Below are positions 1 through 12,930 of a stretch of DNA of 48,971 bases, in pieces; the stretch's first letter is position 1; each line of letters opens with the position of its first letter. The notes beneath the pieces were generated by a model that was not told the DNA's origin, did no database searches, and saw nothing but the letters and a program-made list of their open reading frames with translations. The stretch covers positions 13,124,948-13,173,918 of the forward strand of contig NC_068989.1 of assembly GCF_001194135.2 (NCBI RefSeq). Reading direction: 5' to 3'. This stretch comes from Octopus bimaculoides. Its lineage: Eukaryota. A program made the translations under genes and the position numbers.

Positions 1-134
1 ACACATTTATGTATATGTATGTGTGTAGCTATATGTATATAAAGAGTGACAGAGAGATCGGGTGAGAGAAACAGAACAGTGAAATACATTTACATGAAAA
101 TGTGTATGAGAGGGGTGTGTCTTTGTGTTCGTGC

Positions 135-174
<40 letters not shown>

Positions 175-1025
175 CTGTGTGTGTGTGCGTTTGCTTGCAT
201 ATTGCCTCTCTGTGTGCTTGTTTGTGTGTGTATATGTGTGTCTGTGCGTGGGTCTGTGTATGTGTATGTGTGCAAACGGAGGTAACGTACACGGAATAAA
301 CGGAATATCAATGCTTACATACTCAACTGAAATACACAATTCTTTCTGGGTTTTTTTCGTTTTTTTTTAAATAAGCAAAGAATCATAGCAACTACCTCTT
401 TGATGATCTTTCTGCCGATGAAATTATATAATTTTAAAACAACGTGTGTTGTTTTATATGCGTCTTTGTCGGGAAAATATAGCTATAACCAGAGCTAGAC
501 AAAATATATTTATTATATTTCGATACGTTCACATTGATTTATTTTTGTGTTCTTTCTATTTATATTTCATATTCATATTTATTTATGTTCATGTGTATGT
601 AAGTTATTTGTTGTTTCTTTTTTTTTTTTGTATTCTTTTCAATTGCTAGAATGTTTCTGACAAGGAAATAGCTTATTTCTAAATAAAATGAAATAAAAAA
701 ATAAGAAATCTCAATCATTAGAAATCCGTAAAAACAACTACTAGTGTTACATGTTAAAACTTAGAACGTGCTATTTATATTTTAACTAATACTCTACCAG
801 ATTGTAGTTTTTTTTAATCTGTATGTTAACCGTTCTCCCTTCAATGCATGAACATCATAGCTTATTTCAGATTACATCCTAGATATTTACCAATGTAGTG
901 CAGTTCTGAAAGAATTATTGCTATAAATGGGCATTTATAATCAGGGGAAACGCAGCTGTTCACTTTCATCAAAGATACGCATACATGTACGTCGCATGTA
1001 CGTATATATGTATGCATATATATAC

Positions 1026-1072
<47 letters not shown>

Positions 1073-1625
1073 TNNNNNNNNNNNNNNNNNNNNNNNNNNN
1101 NNNNNNNNNNNNNNNNNNNNNNNNNNNNNNNNNNNNNNNNNNNNNNNNNNNNNNNNNNNNNNNNNNNNNNNNNNNNNNNNNNNNNNNNNNNNNNNNNNNN
1201 NNNNNNNNNNNNNNNNNNNNNNNNNNNNNNNNNNNNNNNNNNNNNNNNNNNNNNNNNNNNNNNNNNNNNNNNNNNNNNNNNNNNNNNNNNNNNNNNNNNN
1301 NNNNNNNNNNNNNNNNNNNNNNNNNNNNNNNNNNNNNNNNNNNNNNNNNNNNNNNNNNNNNNNNNNNNNNNNNNNNNNNNNNNNNNNNNNNNNNNNNNNN
1401 NNNNNNNNNNNNNNNNNNNNNNNNNNNNNNNNNNNNNNNNNNNNNNNNNNNNNNNNNNNNNNNNNNNNNNNNNNNNNNNNNGTTGTAGTGTTTACATCTT
1501 ATTGAGGTCTTCAATGGGGCATTCCACCAGTATTTTATTTTGAGTAGTTATGGCTTCTTCCGTACTGTGGATTCTTATATTTTTGTTCTCGAGGTTATCC
1601 TTCCAACGGATTTCATTATAGAATG

Positions 1626-1657
<32 letters not shown>

Positions 1658-1675
1658 TGTATGTATGTATGTATA

Positions 1676-1950
1676 CGTGCATATTTGTATATTTTGTTTT
1701 TTAAATGTAATTTAATGCATATAGCTGCATGTCTAGGTATGCTTATATATACTTAAGTGATAACCTTCTGGATAGGTTTAAAGATTTTTATAGATCCAGT
1801 GATGGCTTAGATCTATATTCGTTGAATCAGGCTACTCCTTTCTGGTTTCGAAAAGCCTAATTTGGCTAGGTTTGTATTTAGGCAATGTGTTACATATCCC
1901 AGTGCCCAAGTGATTACAGGTACAAACCTGAACTTATAATCTGTACAGAT
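1676..1950 (-). mobile_element. 5'-truncated 3' end of a non-LTR retrotransposon, probably restriction-like endonuclease (R4/Dong-like) type; degraded
   Basis: 1950-1753 (-) translates DYKFRFVPVITWALGYVTHCLNTNLAKLGFSKPERSSLIQRI*I*AITGSIKIFKPIQKVIT*. This resembles the 'PxxxGALG...L.KLG...LQ..AI.G..KI' C-terminus of RLE LINEs, with two internal stops. Clade assignment is from memory. Confidence 0.6.
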
Positions 1951-2419
1951 TAATGTATGTATGTATGTATGTATGTATGTATGTATACATATTGAATGGA
2001 AATTTGAATAAGTTCGAGATTAAAGTTTTGTGGGCGCCTAGGGGGCAAATGCATCGAATATTAAGACACGAATGAGACATTTGATACTAATTCAAGATGG
2101 ATTCTAGATATTAGTCTTCTGTTGGTTAGCTCAGTGCACGAAGTGTTAATTCTGTAGAACTGACACTGCATATGTCTTTATTCCTAGTAGAAATTGCCTG
2201 GACAGGATCTTCAGATCTTAGCTCAAACCGCTTGCCAAGTTAGCAACAAAATGTATTATTGTTCTTTCGGAAACATCTTTTCATGTATAAATGTATGCAG
2301 TTGGTCCCTCTGCTATCTCTTCTCTACAAACGTCATGTTCTAGCTCACTGCCACTGTTTACAGTAGTACTTGGAAGGAAGGTGTATAGCGTATGATCGGC
2401 TAATTGACCATAACAGAGA

Positions 2420-2842
2420 AAGTTGTTATGGCGTTACCTGCTCAGAGGCCGAGACAAAGTTCTAGAAATTGTATAAAGAGGAGTGCATGAGCCAAACTCA
2501 AGTGCACGAGGGTTTCAGAATTTACAAGATGGCCGAAAAGTGACGATTTTCACGAACGCTCACTGAGGCCCGTGACCAGCAGTACTGAGAAAAAAACATC
2601 GCAGTTGTGCGTGCATTTGTGAGGGGAAATGGTCGCATCACCATCCGTAAATTATGAGGATATACAGATTAGTTACGGTTCACTTCAGTCTGTTATCACT
2701 GAAGATTTGGGTGTGAAACCCGTGTCTGCCAAATTTGTGCCAAAAGTGCTTCCAGCTGACCGAAAAGACACTCGGGTTTCAGTTGCGCAAGATCTCCTTG
2801 ATTGTGTCGAGAACCTTGATAAATTTTTGAAAACATTGCGTA
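2420..2842 (+). mobile_element. Degraded mariner-family (Tc1/mariner) transposase fragment, N-terminal HTH and linker region
   Basis: Across frameshifts it reads YKEECMSQTQVHE.FQNLQDGR...RPVTSSTEKNIAVVRAFVRGNGRITIRKL.EDIQISYGSLQSVITEDLGVKPVSAKFVPKVLPADRKDTRVSVAQDLLDCVENLDKFLKTL. The SAKFVPK equivalent of the mariner WVPHEL linker is present. Similarity stops just before the first catalytic Asp (GDETW). Confidence 0.85.
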
Positions 2843-3086
2843 CTCTTCTGAGAAGGTATCGCCAAGCTTTTGGCAAACCTTTCTCTTTCATGGACAATGC
2901 GACGATCACATGCTACAAACTTTCCTTTGAAGCACTGCTATAAACAGCAGAAGTAAGTTAAAACGGTAACACTTGGTGCGCATGCACAGCAGAGTTGAAT
3001 GTTAATCTGTTCCAATCGGCTTTACTCTGGGTGCTTTAGCTTCGTTACTATGACAACCACACTGATACATAATGATTAGACGATGC

Positions 3087-3124
<38 letters not shown>

Positions 3125-3125
3125 T

Positions 3126-3195
<70 letters not shown>

Positions 3196-5744
3196 CACAC
3201 ACACACACACACATTTATACATAAATAAATATGTGGGTGCATGTGCGCTTGTATGTATGTATTTATGTATAAGTGTATACATTTGCGAGTGTAATTATGT
3301 ATTAGAGCATTGTATATACATAGACATTTATACAGACGTCTACTGATATTTTAAAATAACTGTTCACCTTCTCAACAAAGAATGCTGGTCAAAAGGTCAG
3401 GTTATCAAAAACATTGGCACCACCGTTTGAACATTCTCATATGTAACTACTGCTCGCACTCCAAATCAATTTCTGACCTCGTTTCTAAAATATACATATT
3501 AGTCACAGATTTTAACTGCATATTGCACTTGGGGAACCGCAATAGTGCACTTGTTTGCAGACAGGCAGTTTTCTATCACATCTCTTGTGCAATTAGTATG
3601 CTTGCGAGATCTCCCCTTACACTGAGACACAGTGCCTCCATAATGCTTTTTTTCATTTTCTTTTATATCTTTGCAACGTGTCCCTCTCTCTCTTTCTCTT
3701 TCGAATTCTTCTTCTTTTACATTTTAACCGAAAAAAAATGGTAAGTTTTTTTTAAATATCCACAAGGAAAAGTTTATGAAAAAATTGATATTTCCTGATA
3801 ATTGTCACTTCACACTTGCAGGCGAAAATATCTGGTAACCTACTTCGAAGGAATTTTAGAAATTACTGCTTTGGAAAATATTATAGCACAGGAATAATGT
3901 ATATGTTTATGAGTTTGTGTGTGAGTTTGTATGTGTACTTTATGTGTTTTTCTTTAAATATTTATGATTGAAATTCTCGAATTATTTAAGGTAAGACGAT
4001 ATCAATAAGTAACATCTCCTTTCCCGTTGGATATAAATTATGTTATGAATGATATGGGTGATTTTTTTCTAAATATACTCATTGAAAATCAATATTCAAT
4101 CAATTAGAAAGCAATATTAAACCTGTTGTTGCTTCCGAGACGGTTCATTTCAAAAGTCTTTATATACAAATCCGTCTGTAATTTAAGAGACTTGGAAGAA
4201 CATCGGATTAATCTTCAATCATCTTACGCCCAGAGAGTTCTTGAGTACAAATGCGGCTAGTGACGGTCGAGTTTGCATGTTAGATATCCGGGATTTGCGC
4301 AGAACTACGAATAATTCGTTTTCACATAGGTACTATGATGGCAGGCTATAGTCGATCAGATTATATGATGTTTACTTATATTTTCGGTCAGGTGTAGAGG
4401 GATAAGAAACTAGGTTTACCATTTTACTTCAGTATGTAAGCGGCATATTATTGTACGAAGGTAAACATTTTGATGTACACTCAAGCATGTAATATTGACT
4501 TCTAAGAGGAATGCAAATTCTGAAGGAAGAGACATGTAATTTAATCTCATTAGGTGAAGTTGACTAATTTCATCTTTAGCAAAACAATGATATATAGAGC
4601 TGACCCCGTGGGAATTTGATCAAAGAGCGTAAAGGGACTAAGCTAAGTACTGGAAGCCATTTTGTCTGGTGATTCTACGATTCTAACTAGGCACTTCACT
4701 TCTGAAGATTTATTCAAATTACAGCTAGTCTCCTTTTCCCCGAATATATTTATAAGCGTTTCTTATTCGATTCTCTAATTTTCAAAACTTTTTCCTATTA
4801 CGAAGTAGGCTATTTTCTTCCAACGAAAAATCATTGTCAGATTACGGCGAAAATAACCCAAGATGTCTGCACCAAATTACAACTTACACATAAAAGTAGC
4901 TCTATAAATAAACTTCGTTTTCCCATTAAGATCGGCCAGCTGAACTACATATTGATATCAGCTCTAAACAACCTGAAAAAATGTCTGCAATTTATCTCCA
5001 TAAACAATAGCAACTCTTTTTTTTTTTTTTTACTTTTAGCAAGTTCCTGTGGATATTATTGTATCGTTGTCTCAAAACTTTTTAATTAGGAAATTGTTAT
5101 TGCGTGACCAAATGGAGAGATTCAATCACAGTCTCTATACTAGTATACTTCTTTTATTCTTATAATAGGCTATTAGAAGTGATTTGGCACTTAATTAGAG
5201 CTTTTAATTCCCTCGCTTCTGGGAAGAAAGAATGAAGAGAATGACGGCTTTCCTTAATATTGCATATTGAATTTTGCATGAATGAAAACCAATAATAATA
5301 ACAGTAAACACTGAAATTAATAACAGCGAATTTTCTTCTTAGAGTTCATTTTTTTTCTTCTTTCTTCTTTTTCCGCTTTTGTTTAATGCTAGGGTATTAA
5401 TCTGGTTGATGTGTCTGTGCTGTTGCTGTGGTTGTTGTTGGTATCAAACAGATTGTTATAGATATTATGTTTCAGCGAAGCAAGATATTTATGGAATCCG
5501 TATAAATTGATTACTGAGTTCTGATAGTTGTAATAGGTGGTAGTGTTTCTTTTTATTTCTATTTTTAGTATAAACCAGTGGAATGGAAGTTTATAATATA
5601 TTTTATTGTTTTGTTCGAGCCGTGTTTTGCATTTTATTATTATATTATTTTGTAGCGTTTGACTTGGAATTCTTCAAATTTTGTCATATGTCATCAGTCC
5701 CCCAAATTTTAGTCTTGTGCCAACGAGAATAACAATTATTTTCA

Positions 5745-5788
<44 letters not shown>

Positions 5789-5791
<3 letters not shown>

Positions 5792-5984
5792 AGAATACAC
5801 AAAAAAAAAATCAAAAAACGAAGACAGTTGGTGTAGACAACAAACAAATGTATTAGTATAAATAACGCTCGTGAAGTGAAACAGTCTTTAACGTTTCGAG
5901 CCTACGCTCTTCCACACAAAGGAACACAGAAAGAAACAAGGAGAGAAAAAAAATGTGTAGTGGCTATCGATCTATCATGGTGAA
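5789..5984 (-). mobile_element. About 200-bp interspersed repeat carrying a degenerate hammerhead-like motif (Penelope LTR/retrozyme-like), flanked by (TA)n
   Basis: Shares the 22-mer acgtttcgagcctacgctcttc with 21315-21336. (TA)n arrays lie on both sides. Confidence 0.55.
5886..5921 (-). ncRNA. Degenerate minimal type I hammerhead ribozyme motif
   Basis: Minus strand: CTTT GTGTGGA A GAGC-GTAG-GCTC GAAA CG T T AAAG. Stem I is 4 bp and stem II is 4 bp, with palindromic ACGT at stem III. The core deviates from CUGANGA at C3 and A6. Confidence 0.4.
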
Positions 5985-6659
5985 TATATATATATATATA
6001 TATATTTATATGCAGGCATACAATCCAATCTACTTATATTAGATATGTTGTCTATATTTCTCTGGCTGCTTGTGTGTACATTAGCGCAGGCTCCACTTTA
6101 CGTGCGGCGGATATAGCAGATACTTTTATCATCTCCTTCAATGTTTTCCCGCATATTTTCCATACAAAGCACTGAAGAACAAGAGTATTTCGGAAGAAAT
6201 TTGATAGATATATCTATGCCTAACAGTGAAAACAACTCAAAGTATAATTGTTCCATATTAATAGAGGTTAACTGCACCAGAACACTCTAGGAATTCACAG
6301 AAGTAACAACGAAAATGGAGCATCAACAAATTTCTTTATTCGAATAACACAGCATGTAAATTAAGAAGAGGCATCAAAAATATTTATAATATCCAACTGT
6401 GTACAGGTGAACATGCTAAAAATCGATAAATCCTCGATCAATCCTCACCACCTCCTTTTATTTCTCATATATATGTTTGTATGGTCGTGTGTGCGAGTGT
6501 GTATGTGCGTGTGTGTGTGTGTATGTGTGTGTTTGTGTATTTGCGCATGCATGTGTTTGCGTGTGTATGTATCCGCGTGACTATATATATATTATTTCTG
6601 TAATTGTATAACTATGTATATTAATTACATATTTGTATATGTATGAATTTTATATGATT

Positions 6660-6750
<91 letters not shown>

Positions 6751-6936
6751 TATGTATATATACATATATGTGTGTGCTTGTGTGCGAGAATGAGTGTGTA
6801 TGTGTGTGTGTGTGCGTGTTTGTATTCGTTTGTATGTGTCTGCATTATGTCTGTACACATTTCCACGTAATGCATCCCTTGTCAGGTATGAACTAATTAA
6901 TGGATTCTGTAATACTCTAAACATATCACAAGATCG

Positions 6937-7027
<91 letters not shown>

Positions 7028-8599
7028 CATGCATAAATATAGATACATACATTTACATATATATAAATACAAGTATATATATGTGTATATATATATGGGT
7101 GTGTGTGTGTGTGTATGTGTGTGTGTGTGTGTGTGTGTGTTTGTTTGTTTATGCATTCCTGCGTCTGTCCGTGTGTGTAGAAGGAATAATTTGAATTCAA
7201 AATTTTGCCAATCACTGTCTTCGTTAGACAGTCTGTCGAATCAAACTTTCGATAAACTTCTTTGCCGCTCTGAACACTTTCTTTGTTTGAATCTCTTTTT
7301 CAATATATTGATTGAACCGTCAATAAATGCATAACTATGCATAAAAAAAATGTATCAATATTTTATTTATATAATTTTACTTGGAAGCGTGCAACATTAA
7401 CAATTTTCTTCCGACTGGAGATTTTATTACGAGAAACATGAAATAGTTTTCAAAATATTTAATATATTTTTTTTTTACTATATGTGTTATGCTTTGTTTT
7501 TAATCCACTGCTTTATATTATATTAATTTATATCTCCCTATTCCCTCTGTTTATTGAGCTCTTTGTTAGGCTGTAGAACGGAAAAATATTTCCGCGTTGT
7601 ATTTTTGCAAATATTTAGAACTTTTCGCTCCAGGCATAGGTTAACCATAAAGGTGTTGATATACATTGCTGGAGATCTACTACACGGAAAAAAACAAAAT
7701 ACATAAAAAGAAAGGGTTCGGTTCACTGTCATTTCGAATTAATATTGACAACTCGTGTCTTACGCAGAAGTGCCTCAAGTCTGCATATAACACAATTCAC
7801 TTCAATAAGTTCCATTTCCCTCGAGCTAAACAGTGGTTCTGCTGTGTTTTTAATATACAGTAAACTAACAGAAATATGTACACATCTTGGGTATACAACA
7901 CACATTTATATTAATATATTTACCACGAGATATTGTTATTTTTTTTCTATAAATTCAGTCAGACTACATAGAATATATTAATATATATATTTCCTTAAGC
8001 TACAACAATATTGGGATCTGCAGAGCAATCCTGCTTAAGAAAATACGGCATTGTCGTATTGCGTGAAATTATGGATATGCATAAATATGGATGTTAGTGT
8101 GTGCGTATGTGTGTATTTTACGTATGTATTAAGATATCTACAAATGAATATCTGTTAAATCATAACTATTAGTATATCGCATATATTGAATAATAGCTGC
8201 CAAGCCCTAATATCTGTCAGATTGGAATTTAGTAGTGTTATCGAAACGTAGATACACATGAAGACTGAAAAGTTTTCAAGTGTCCATAGAAGTATTCAAG
8301 AAGTAGTTTGACGCCAACTACGAATCGCCTTTGTCCTTTTGTCTTCTATTTTCCTTACACCTGTTTCCTGTATATTTATTTCTTTGTAGTAGAGTGAAAT
8401 ACAGAGATAGAGTATTAGAGAATTATAAGGGGGAGAGAGTGAAAGAGAGAGGGAGAGAGAGAAAGAGAGAGGGAGAGAGAGAAGGAGAGAGGGAGAGAGA
8501 GAAAGAGAGAGGGAGTGAGAGTGTGTTGGGAGAGAGAAAATGAGAGATGAGGAATATGAAGGAGGGGAAAATAATGTAAAAACGGAAAGGAGAGGGAAT

Positions 8600-8746
8600 T
8601 CGCTTGGAGTTCACTTTGATGATATCCGAAAAGCATTGGGAGAGGGTTCTTATGCAGATGTCATCTGTCCTGACTTCAACAAGGCATTCGACAACGTTAA
8701 CAGCAGCATCATTATTAAGACACTATCAAACACTGTAGTGGATTGA
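8600..8746 (+). mobile_element. CR1/L2-type LINE reverse transcriptase fragment
   Basis: HFDDIRKALGEGSYADVICPDFNKAFDNVNSSIIIKTLSN matches the CR1-clade RT motif 'DVIYLDFSKAFDKV.H..L..KL'. Confidence 0.8.
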
Positions 8747-8799
8747 AATTTTCCTGAAGAGCAGAATCCTGTATGTGGTGTTAAACGTGGTTCGGTCAG

Positions 8800-8943
8800 C
8801 CGATTAGATCGACTTAATTCTTCAACCCCGACAGGATGAAAGGCAAAGTAGACCTCGGCGGAATTTGAACTCAGAACGTAGAAACAGACGAAATACCGTT
8901 AAGCATTTCGCCCGACGTGCTAACGTTTCTGCCAGCTCGCCGC
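8800..8943 (-). mobile_element. tRNA-derived SINE, family A (5' part)
   Basis: Reverse complement of the family A head (ggcgagctggcagaa.cgttagcacg...gagttcaaattccgccgaggtc.actttgcctttcatcct) seen at 32181 and 45411; A/B-box-like motifs present. Confidence 0.85.
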
Positions 8944-9231
8944 ATAGGAAACTCTGCAATGTTATAGAAGCTCTAACAAAGTTCGGACACAGGAATGTAC
9001 TTTCAGAAAAAAATAGCTCTGAATCCTAATATTTAAAAGGTTTGATGAAACAGATCTGCGCTGATCATGTCCAAATTATTTTATAATTAGCAATTACCAA
9101 CAATAAATGTTTAATAAAGTCGGGCGTTCTGTCACCACATCTTTGCTCCTTTTCTTTTCTCCCTTCCATTCTCATTCTTTACATATTTATCGCACCCTTG
9201 CAGTTTCATGTTTCTGGCTGACAACACACAC

Positions 9232-9269
<38 letters not shown>

Positions 9270-10506
9270 CCGCACACGCGCGCGCGCAACACAAACCTAC
9301 AACACACAGGCACACCCATACATACATGCATACACATACATACATACATACATACACACACGTTTGAATTGATTACACATACATATATACACCAAATAAA
9401 ATATTAGAAAGCCATTAATTTTTTAATGGGATATTTATTATGAATAAATTACCCCATCTAGTGTTTTATAGCATTTTGGTGTAAAAAGTCCTCGTCAGAT
9501 TGCATGTAAATTATGTTACTTCAAGAAATTCATTTAAAACATCGCCTTTATGTTTCGGTTGCTAGTGTCCGTTTGTTCATCAACCGTCTGGTGGTGTACT
9601 TCCCTATTACCAAACATTTCTGATTAACCATCCTGACGCGTGCTGTAATGCCGTTCATTTGAAAAATCCACAGAGAGACAATCACAGTTGAAGCTCATCG
9701 ATCCCGCTAAGTGATAAGAGCAGTGTTAAATATTTTCTCTTTCTCTCTCTCTCATTCTTTCTTTCTCTCTCTCCGATACAGAAACACAAACACACGTAGA
9801 GTCATGTTTATACTTGTACACATACACACTCATTTTTCGTCCTTGCCATTACATTTAGGGGCTTTATATATATTTAGTCAACTAAATATAAATTAAGTTT
9901 GACACTGTACCGGTCGCTTAGTCATTTGTAAGTAAGGGAAGGGACAGACCGCAGTCACATATCGTTACATATATATGTTCAAATGTATGTATGTGGATAT
10001 GAATGTATGCATTTATGTATGTATATGTTCAAGTAAGTATATATGCTTGTATGGGAATGTGTGTATGTATATATGTATGTATACACCGCTATCAAAGCAT
10101 TGTGTCCACCACACACCACGCGTGCCACAACACGCCAACAGACACCACCTCGCATCTTACTACAACCATATACGACAGCACACCACCACTATCACTACCT
10201 CCGCCACTACAACAATCGCAGCGTCATCACTGTCACTACTGTCGCTATTCATGTCACCGCCAAGCAACCACTAACACAGTCACAGAACTACCACCAACAT
10301 TGCTTGATAACAACGCCACTAAAACGCAGAACTATCACCATAACAACCATACAGCAACCGCTGCATGACACCAAAGTCATTATTAAATTCAACGTAACCA
10401 CTGCCATTGTTAGATTCACCACCAACACCGCCATTATTAGATTCGCCGCAGCCACCACAGTCACTGCCAGTAAATAAACCAACACTATCACAACAAAAGT
10501 CACTGC

Positions 10507-10812
10507 TACTCCATCGGTTGCGACGACGACGGTTCCAGTTGATCCAACGAACGGAGCAGTCATCTCGTGAACTTAACATGTAAGTGGCTGAGCACTCCAT
10601 AGACACGGGTACACTTAACGTAGTCCTCAGGGAGATTCAGCTTGATACATAATATGACAAATCTGGCCCCTTTTGAATTACAAGTACCATTTAATTTTGC
10701 CACCTTCGTTGACTGGAGAAACGGGGAGTAAATTATCATGATTAAGAGACAAGTCGCTGCCGTGAATCGAACACATGACCTTACGATAGTGAGCCAAATA
10801 ACCTAACCACTA
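10507..10812 (-). mobile_element. tRNA-derived SINE whose 3' ~180 bp matches family C (41580-41760)
   Basis: Minus-strand head gctcgtggcctagtggttagg...gtgttcgattcac, then a tail aligning to 41580-41760 (ctacgttaag.gtac.cgtgtct.tggagtgctcagccactt...). Confidence 0.8.
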
Positions 10813-11876
10813 GGCCACGAGCTTTCACTCACAACGAAAATACACCGCCATAATATCAACTACCACAACTCTACTACATCTCCACCATGTCCACCATGGA
10901 CGCAGCATACCACCACCACAAACACAATTACCATGACTTCAAAAATACAACAACGACAACGAGCCAATAGCAACAACACACCCCACCATCACTACAGCCA
11001 TCATCATTAGTATCAAAACTATCGTAGCCACTACCACCACCACCACAACCACCATCAGCCGTTCCACTACCATCGCCACATACAAGAACAACATCATCAC
11101 CTTCATTAGCACAACCACCATCTCGGATACCACCGCAAACATTATCACCACTACAACCACCACCACCACCACCACCGCTGGCACCATGACCTCCATCNNN
11201 NNNNNNNNNNNNNNNNNNNNNNNNNNNNNNNNNNNNNNNNNNNNNNNNNNNNNNNNNNNNNNNNNNNNNNNNNNNNNNNNNNNNNNNNNNNNNNNNNNNN
11301 NNNNNNNNNNNNNNNNNNNNNNNNNNNNNNNNNNNNNNNNNNNNNNNNNNNNNNNNNNNNNNNNNNNNNNNNNNNNNNNNNNNNNNNNNNNNNNNNNNNN
11401 NNNNNNNNNNNNNNNNNNNNNNNNNNNNNNNNNNNNNNNNNNNNNNNNNNNNNNNNNNNNNNNNNNNNNNNNNNNNNNNNNNNNNNNNNNNNNNNNNNNN
11501 NNNNNNNNNNNNNNNNNNNNNNNNNNNNNNNNNNNNNNNNNNNNNNNNNNNNNNNNNNNNNNNNNNNNNNNNNNNNNNNNNNNNNNNNNNNNNNNNNNNN
11601 NNNNNNNNNNNNNNNNNNNNNNNNNNNNNNNNNNNNNNNNNNNNNNNNNNNNNNNNNNNNNNNNNNNNNNNNNNNNNNNNNNNNNNNNNNNNNNNNNNNN
11701 NNNNNNNNNNNNNNNNNNNNNNNNNNNNNNNNNNNNNNNNNNNNNNNNNNNNNNNNNNNNNNNNNNNNNNNNNNNNNNNNNNNNNNNNNNNNNNNNNNNN
11801 NNNNNNNNNNNNNNNNNNNNNNNNNNNNNNNNNNNNNNNNNNNNNNNNNNNNNNNNNNNNNNNNNNNNNNNNNNNN

Positions 11877-11909
<33 letters not shown>

Positions 11910-12553
11910 CATAGATACTCGTATAAGAAAAAATAAATGAACGTGTGTGCCTGTGTGCCTGTGTGCGTGCGCGGGCGCGTCACTAATTACATGATAGCTA
12001 CTTTGGCAATAAACTCCACCACCGAACACACATCTGGCCATTGTGTGTGTACATATGCGATGACTCCTTCGTTGATTTCTACGCCGTTTATTCAATTCAT
12101 GTTTGCTTCGTTAAATTAAAAATATGTTTATATTTTTGTTATGGTGAAAGCGGTATACAAGAATATGTATGTGTGTATACGTGTCTGTTTGTGTCATACC
12201 ATGTCGACACATCAGTATGTAAGTCAATTTGTCAATTAATTGAGTAATTCGGGTGTAGAATAATTAGGACGACCGGAAAGGTAGGATGAGTTACTGGAAA
12301 AGCTGTGATAAACATACTATAATGCATCTTAAGTTAAAGATGTCAACACCCGAAGCATATACATACGCATAAACATGCATACAAAATCTTGCACATACAT
12401 ATATATATGTGTTTGTGTGAGTATGTGTGTGTATGTGTGTGTGTGATACATATAATCAAGGATAAAATCATGTAAATGATAATATCAAGTGTCCAACATG
12501 CTATAAATTATAGTAAAATAATAATAATATATATACATTATATAATACATACT

Positions 12554-12930
12554 GGGGCAGGAGTGGCTGTGTAGTAAGCAGCTTGCTTACCCACCACATG
12601 GTTCCGGGTTCATTTCCACTGCGTGGCACCTTGGGCAGGTGTCTTTTACTATAGCTACAGGCTGACCAAAGCTTCTTTGTGTGGCTTTGGTAGACGGAAA
12701 CTGAAAGAAGCCCGTCTTATATATGTAAATATATATATGTCTGTGTGTGTATATGTTTGTGTGTCTGTGTTGGTTCCCCCAACATCGCTTGACAACCGAT
12801 GGTGATGTCTTTACGTCCCCGTAACTTCGCATTTCTCATAAGAGAACGATAAAATAAATACTAGTATAAGTCCCGGGGTCAATTTGCTCGACTAAGGGTG
12901 GTACTCCAGAATGGCCGAAGTCAAATGACA
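12554..12930 (+). mobile_element. tRNA-derived SINE, family B, near full length with an internal (TA)/(TG) microsatellite
   Basis: Head ggggcaggagtggctgtgtagtaag...ggttccgggttcatttcc, body ggtagacggaaactgaaagaagcccgtc, tail ccagaatggccgaagtcaaatgac. Homologous to 22462, 37531 and 43247. Confidence 0.85.

Noticed and set aside
4889-4972. Strong minus-strand acceptor (cattttttcag) and donor (TGT|GTAAGT) pair
   Set aside because: All three frames contain stops. It shows that good splice pairs arise by chance here, which is why the exon candidates get low confidence.
5040-5165. 41-codon open frame after a poly-T acceptor (QVPVDIIVSLSQNF...)
   Set aside because: No credible donor before the stop and no recognisable homology.
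10170-11197. Mucin-like Thr-rich coding region
   Set aside because: Degenerate (ACC/ACA/ATC)n field interrupted by stops, a SINE and a gap; open frames are expected from the triplet composition.
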